From NCBI RefSeq assembly GCF_009914755.1, contig NC_060934.1: DNA of 64,000 bases. One strand, written 5' to 3'. The DNA is from the human T2T-CHM13v2.0 reference genome, Homo sapiens. The notes beneath the pieces were generated by a model. That model did no database searches and was not told the origin of the DNA. It saw only the letters and a list, made by a program, of their open reading frames with translations. How positions within the stretch are numbered: position 1 is the stretch's first letter; every line of letters starts with the position of its first letter. This document shows, piece after piece, positions 59,645 through 64,000 of the stretch. The position numbers were made by a program, and so were the translations under genes.

Positions 59645-59893
59645 CTGTCCATGCAGCCCTGGCCCTCCAGCCCATGTGGTTTTGGCAGCGATAAGGGCTG
59701 TGGGTTAATGGTCCCCAAAATAAAAATGTACATGTGTATGGGAACGAAAGGGGTGCTAAGCTGTGGGGAGCGGTGGAAGGGAAGGGAGAGATAGGTCAGT
59801 ACTAGGAATGCCAGAGGTGGGAGGCCGTTTCATAACATTTCTTGTTGATCAAAATGCCATCAACACCTTCTTTGCTCATCAGCAGGACTAGCG
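59645..59893 (-). pseudogene. PFN1P11: 3' part of a profilin-1 (PFN1) processed pseudogene (probably the copy annotated PFN1P11), interrupted by the provirus
   Basis: - strand reads (T)[30 protein letters not shown] versus PFN1 C-terminus [32 protein letters not shown], followed by PFN1-like 3' UTR (caccgctccccacagc...gctgccaaaaccacatgggctgg). Premature TAG at 59802-59804, native TGA at 59796-59798. The locus number is recalled, not checked. Confidence 0.88.
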
Positions 59894-61028
59894 TACTGGG
59901 GGAACCCACCCCCAATATTTCAACGTAGGTTCTTTCTATAAGTGTCAGCCGGCTGAGAAATAAAGAGAGACAGTATAAAGAGAGGAATTTTACAGCTGGG
60001 CCGCCGGGGGTGGCATCACATATCGGTAGGACTGTGATACCCACCTGAGCCTCAAACCAGCAAGTTTTTATTAAGGGTTTCAAAAAGGGGAGGGGGTGTA
60101 AGAACAGGGAGTAGGTACAAAGATCACATGCTTCAAAGGGCGAAAAGCAGAACTACTAATAAGTGTCTAACAAAGATCACATGCTTCTGAGGGAAAGGAC
60201 AAAGGGCAAAAGCAGAACTACCGATAAGGGTCCAACAAAGATCACAAGGCAAAGGGCAAAAGCAGAACCACTGATAAGGGTCCAACAAAGATCACAAGGC
60301 AAAGGGCAAAAGCAGAACTACAGATGAGGGTCTATGTTCAGCGGTGCACATACTGTCTTGATAAACACCTTAAACAACAGCAAACAGGGTTCGACAGCAG
60401 AGAACCGGTCTGACCACAAATTTACCAGGGCGGAGTTTTTCCCCACCCTAGTAAGCCTGAGGGTACTGCAGGAGACCAGGGCGTATCTCAGTCCTTATCT
60501 CAACTGCACAAGATAGACATTCCCAGAGCGGCTGTTTATAGACCTCCCCCCAGGAATGCATTCCTTTCCCAGGGTATTAATAATAATACTCCTTGCTAGG
60601 AAAAGAATTTAGTGATATCTTCCCTACTTGCATGTCCATTTATAGCCTCTCTCAAGAAGGAAAATATGGCTCTTTCTGCCCGACCCTGCAGGCAGTCAGA
60701 CCTTATGGTTGTTTTCCCTTGTTCCCTAAAAATTGCTCTTATTCTGTTCTTTTTCAAGGTGCACTAATTTCATATTGTTCAAACACATGTCTTACAATCA
60801 ATTTGTACAGTTAACACAATTATCACAGTGGTCCTGAAGTGACAAACATCCTCAGCTTACAAAGATAACAGGATTAAGAGATTAAAGTAAAGACAGGCAT
60901 AAGAAATTATAAAAGTATTATTTGGGAACTGATAAATGTCCATATTAAAATGAAATCTTCACAATTTATGTTCCTCTGCCATGGCTCCAGCCAGTCCCTC
61001 CATTCAGGGTCCCTGACTTCCCGCAACA
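59894..61028 (-). mobile_element. MER11-family 3' LTR of a HERV-K11 (HML-8) provirus
   Basis: Begins TGTTGCGGGAAGTCAGGGACC right after a polypurine tract (AAAAAGAAAGGGAGAGA, 61029-61045) and ends GGGTTCCCCCAGTA; about 1.13 kb; TATAAA at 60535-60540 and AATAAA at 60067-60072 on the - strand. Confidence 0.9.
60117..60333. repeat. Four ~50-65 bp tandem units inside the MER11 LTR
   Basis: acaaagatcac recurs at 60117, 60170, 60235 and 60285, each followed by caaagggc(a/g)aaagcagaac. Confidence 0.9.
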
Positions 61029-63354
61029 TCTCTCCCTTTCTTTTTATATAAATGTGCCGTGGCGATGAAGGCTTGCTCGTTCTCTCGGTTTTGATGCAGG
61101 ATTCTTTGACTGGTCTGGCACACTAAAAACAAGCCGATTAAACAGAGAAACATGATTCCAAAATTTCCTACAGTGGAGCCCCCAGTAGACTTAATCCAAG
61201 TTGTGGAGTTTAGTCCAGAAAGACTTTCTGCCACCTGATCTAACGCCTCAGCTCCAGGCACAATGGATAAATGAGCTTGAGAGGCTTCAAAAATTTGTTT
61301 CTTTAATTTAGTTATGTCCAAGGATAAATTATCTTCCCTACCCAGAAGGTGTCCTTTGACCATTTCCCATGATCAGTCTCGTTGTAGGAATATGGTGTGC
61401 TATAGAAATCAGAAGTGTTGCAATCGAACTGCATTTGCATGTGATGTTCGAGACTCATTAGCTGGTCCCCAAGCCAAATAACAGACTGTCTTAAATCATT
61501 AGCTAATTTTTGATCAATGCCTTGTTGAGGATTCCACATTTGGGTGGAATTGCCTTACCAATCATTAACAAAATTAGCCATTTGAATAGATTGGTGTAAT
61601 GCCACTCCGGCAGTGGTGGCCAGTGCAGTGACTGTAATTAGGCCCATGATCACAGTGATTAAAGTGAAAACAAATCTCTTGATCTTTTGAGAATTCGTTG
61701 TAACACTTCATTAATTAAATGTACTGAGGGGGAAGATTCCCAAGTTCTGGGTAAAGTTACTGGTATCCAGATTCCTTCTCAAGCTCGAACCAACATTACA
61801 CTTTTCCTGAGTCAAAACGGGAGTTAACACAAGTGGATAAATGACAATTAATGCATTGGACGGTTTGATTGTTCATCCAAATTTTGATATTTCCCACTAA
61901 CAGCATGTAAGGAGGCTTAACACAACTCTGTATAATAGTCAGGCTGGAGGTAAACAAAGCAGAATGTTTGAATCTACGTTGATACCGAGGGGGAGGAGTG
62001 GCGGTGGCAACGCCCAATGTTTGATGCCGTAAAGAAGCAATCCGAGGTGCCCGGGGATTCTGAAGAGGTAGGGGGACATACCTGGGTCCAGAAGAATTAT
62101 CATAATGCCAATCAGAGTCCCATAAAGGAGGACTGGCATCAAAAAGAGGAAAATGGTCCAAAGGGGATTTATCATGGGTTTCAGAATCACGGATGTGAGG
62201 GGTGGTAGTGGGGACAACAGAAAGAAAAGTTTCCCCTTCCCATACTCGCAGTCTGGACATGGCAATAGCCAATTTCCAAAGTTCTGGGTGTTCTGGGCTC
62301 AGAATGGGGGATATCATAAGAGGCCTCGGGTGGCAGGGGGTAATGCTCTTATCTTCCCATTTTAAGGGACAGAATGAGCTGAACCTCCTATGCAAAGTAG
62401 GATGATGATCCTCGTCCTCCCAATAAGAAATAAAACAAGTAGCCTCCAGGCATTCCCTTCCAGCAGAAGAGCAACTGCTTTTCAAATAGCCCTTTGGTGC
62501 CCAGTCTCTTACTAAACCATATGAGTCATTTTTTAATAGTACTGCATGTGAATTAACACAATCTTCCCAAATTAAAGATTTAGATGGGCCCTCAAAAATT
62601 TTAGGACATGGTTTTCCTACAGGTTTATATTGAAAGTAGGGGGTATCTCCTATTACTCCCCCTTTCATTTGTCTTAAAGGAGAAAGGGAGAGGCTGGAGA
62701 CCAAATGTCCCCGTTCCCCTGTGGCTGATCTCTCCAGAAGGTACGCAGCCCAGACTTGAGTTTCTAGATGGATACAACCAGGTGCATGTCCGAGGCACAG
62801 AGGAGGGTATTTATAACCGTAGGAACATTAAATGCAGTGCCTTCTTTTCCTGGTTGAGTGGGGCAACGGTCATCTGTAGCTCCAGGCATCCACACACTAT
62901 CATTAGTATAGATTTCCGCAGGAGCATCCATCCAGGTGAGAGGTTGAATAAGTGGAGGAAAAGGCACATAAGCCCAGCAAGAATAATTTTGTGTAGCAGG
63001 TAAATCAATGTGAGGGGAAACTGGTGAGACAGAAAGTATAAGGAAGAGAATTATTAAATAAAACCTATTGTAAGCAAGATCCAGTGCTGAAGGAGGAATA
63101 GAAGAATAAGGGGATGTTATTTTCAGGCTAATAGAAATGGTGAGATTTTTAGGTTCGTAAGGAGAAAAAGAAAGGGAATTAGGAGAAGTGGGATTAGTTA
63201 GAGGGGTTTCTGTTGCCATTAGGGAGGATTGAACCAGACCCATTTTGATTTGGCGTGCCAGTTTCTGAGGAGTTGGCACAGATCTCACCAGGTATGAGGG
63301 TGGTCTCTGACGTGGACGTCTCTTCCCTGTGGTTTTTATTGTCAGTATTCACAT
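61004..63354 (-). pseudogene. env: Defective betaretrovirus-like env (HML-8): long signal peptide, SU and TM, broken by stops and frameshifts
   Basis: SU motif NYSCWAYVPFPPLIQPLTWMDAPAEIYTNDSVWMPG; furin site KRS/KR with a 1-nt frameshift near 61680; fusion peptide [29 protein letters not shown]; TAA at 61555-61557; TM remnants [13 protein letters not shown] and [20 protein letters not shown]. Confidence 0.9.
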
Positions 63355-63475
63355 GAAGTTTAAGTCTTCTAGTGGGCACCCAGACAGGGGATTGATGATC
63401 TCCTGGTGAAACACAAGCATACCCTCTTCCCCATGTTATAATCGTTCCAGGTTTCCAGGTATTGGTCTGGGAATT
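63194..63475 (-). pseudogene. pol: pol remnant: integrase C-terminal domain only
   Basis: NSQTNTWKPGTIITWGRGYACVSPGDHQSPVWVPTRRLKL matches the HERV-K/MMTV-type integrase C-terminal WGRG(Y/F)ACV motif. Confidence 0.85.
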
Positions 63476-64000
63476 AAAGGCAAAGAATTAGGTAGTAAAT
63501 TTAGAGGAATGGTACTACAGAGATTGACCGCCCCTCCCCTTACTCTGGAGCATAGATAAGCGTTGTACTGAGACAGAAGAAGAGGCTGGGACACATCTGG
63601 GTTGGCTGTAGGTAAATTTGTTTGTGCTGGGGGCTGCGTTGGGACCGATTGAAGCAGAAAGGCAACATTCGTCTGAGTCTGAGGTGTCCCATTTGAAATT
63701 GGGGCCTAGGACTGGCCCCATTTCCCATTTCCCTGGTTCTGTGGCAAGGGATTTCCATCTATATCAGACTTAGAGTGGCAAGTACTTGCCCAATGTTTAC
63801 CTTTACAACAACAAGGGCAAACAGTAGCAGGAGCATTTGGCTGTGTTTTTTGAGCCGGCTTGGCTGCCTTTAAGTTTTTAACTGTGCAATTTTTTCGAGT
63901 ATGACCAAGTTGACCACAATTATAGCAGGCTCCAAGAAAAGAATCAGTCGAGCCAGTTTGATTGCCGTCCTTCATGGCCCGTGCCCACAGAATAGCTTTG
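63476..64000 (-). pseudogene. gag: gag 3' end (CA C-terminus, NC with two zinc knuckles) and start of pro/dUTPase; continues beyond window
   Basis: KAILWARAM, CYNCGQLGHTRKNC and CPCCCKGKHWASTC (CX2CX4HX4C); G GGA AAT slippery heptamer at 63727-63733; TAG at 63706-63708; dUTPase motif-1-like GGAVNLCSTIPLNLLP just before the deletion. Confidence 0.87.

Noticed and set aside
59802-60083. 93-codon ORF fusing LTR sequence in frame to the profilin C-terminus
   Set aside because: Starts at TTG, spans the LTR poly(A) signal and holds only ~30 degenerate profilin residues; in-frame fusion has a one-in-three chance. Useful only as evidence for the pseudogene.
60117-60333. Regularly spaced repeats resembling a CRISPR array
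   Set aside because: Head-to-tail tandem units within an LTR, without unique spacers, in a mammalian genome with no cas genes.
61796-62704. 302-aa env ORF as a possible domesticated envelope protein
   Set aside because: It is cut off from the signal peptide and TM by frameshifts and stops, and the furin site is frameshifted.

Overview
Alu-dense human/hominoid genomic DNA matching the WBP1L-CYP17A1 locus (10q24.32, recognised from the encoded proteins). The + strand carries the last three coding exons of WBP1L (19790-19892, 31690-31851, 34379-35115) and a 3' UTR of about 2.9 kb; its first exon lies upstream of the window. The - strand carries the complete 8-exon CYP17A1 gene (CDS 59146 down to 52487, 508 codons, all introns GT-AG) with its proximal promoter (TTTAAAA box, SF-1 and GATA sites). 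Directly upstream of that promoter is a nested stack, all in the CYP17A1 orientation: a short Alu 3' end, the 3' part of a PFN1 processed pseudogene, and a defective HERV-K11/HML-8 provirus (MER11 3' LTR, broken env, large pro-pol deletion, gag end) that inserted into the pseudogene. Also present are a U6 retrocopy, a solo ERV1-type LTR with a perfect TSD, several DNA-transposon fossils, L2/MIR remnants and roughly 55 Alus. The most unusual structures are a ~90%-identical inverted duplication in the last WBP1L intron, whose Alu target-site duplication points to a ~0.6 kb inversion, and the LTR/pseudogene stack 0.75 kb from the CYP17A1 start codon. Repeat family names are recalled from consensus sequences, not from a database search. 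No CRISPR, rRNA or tRNA features are seen.
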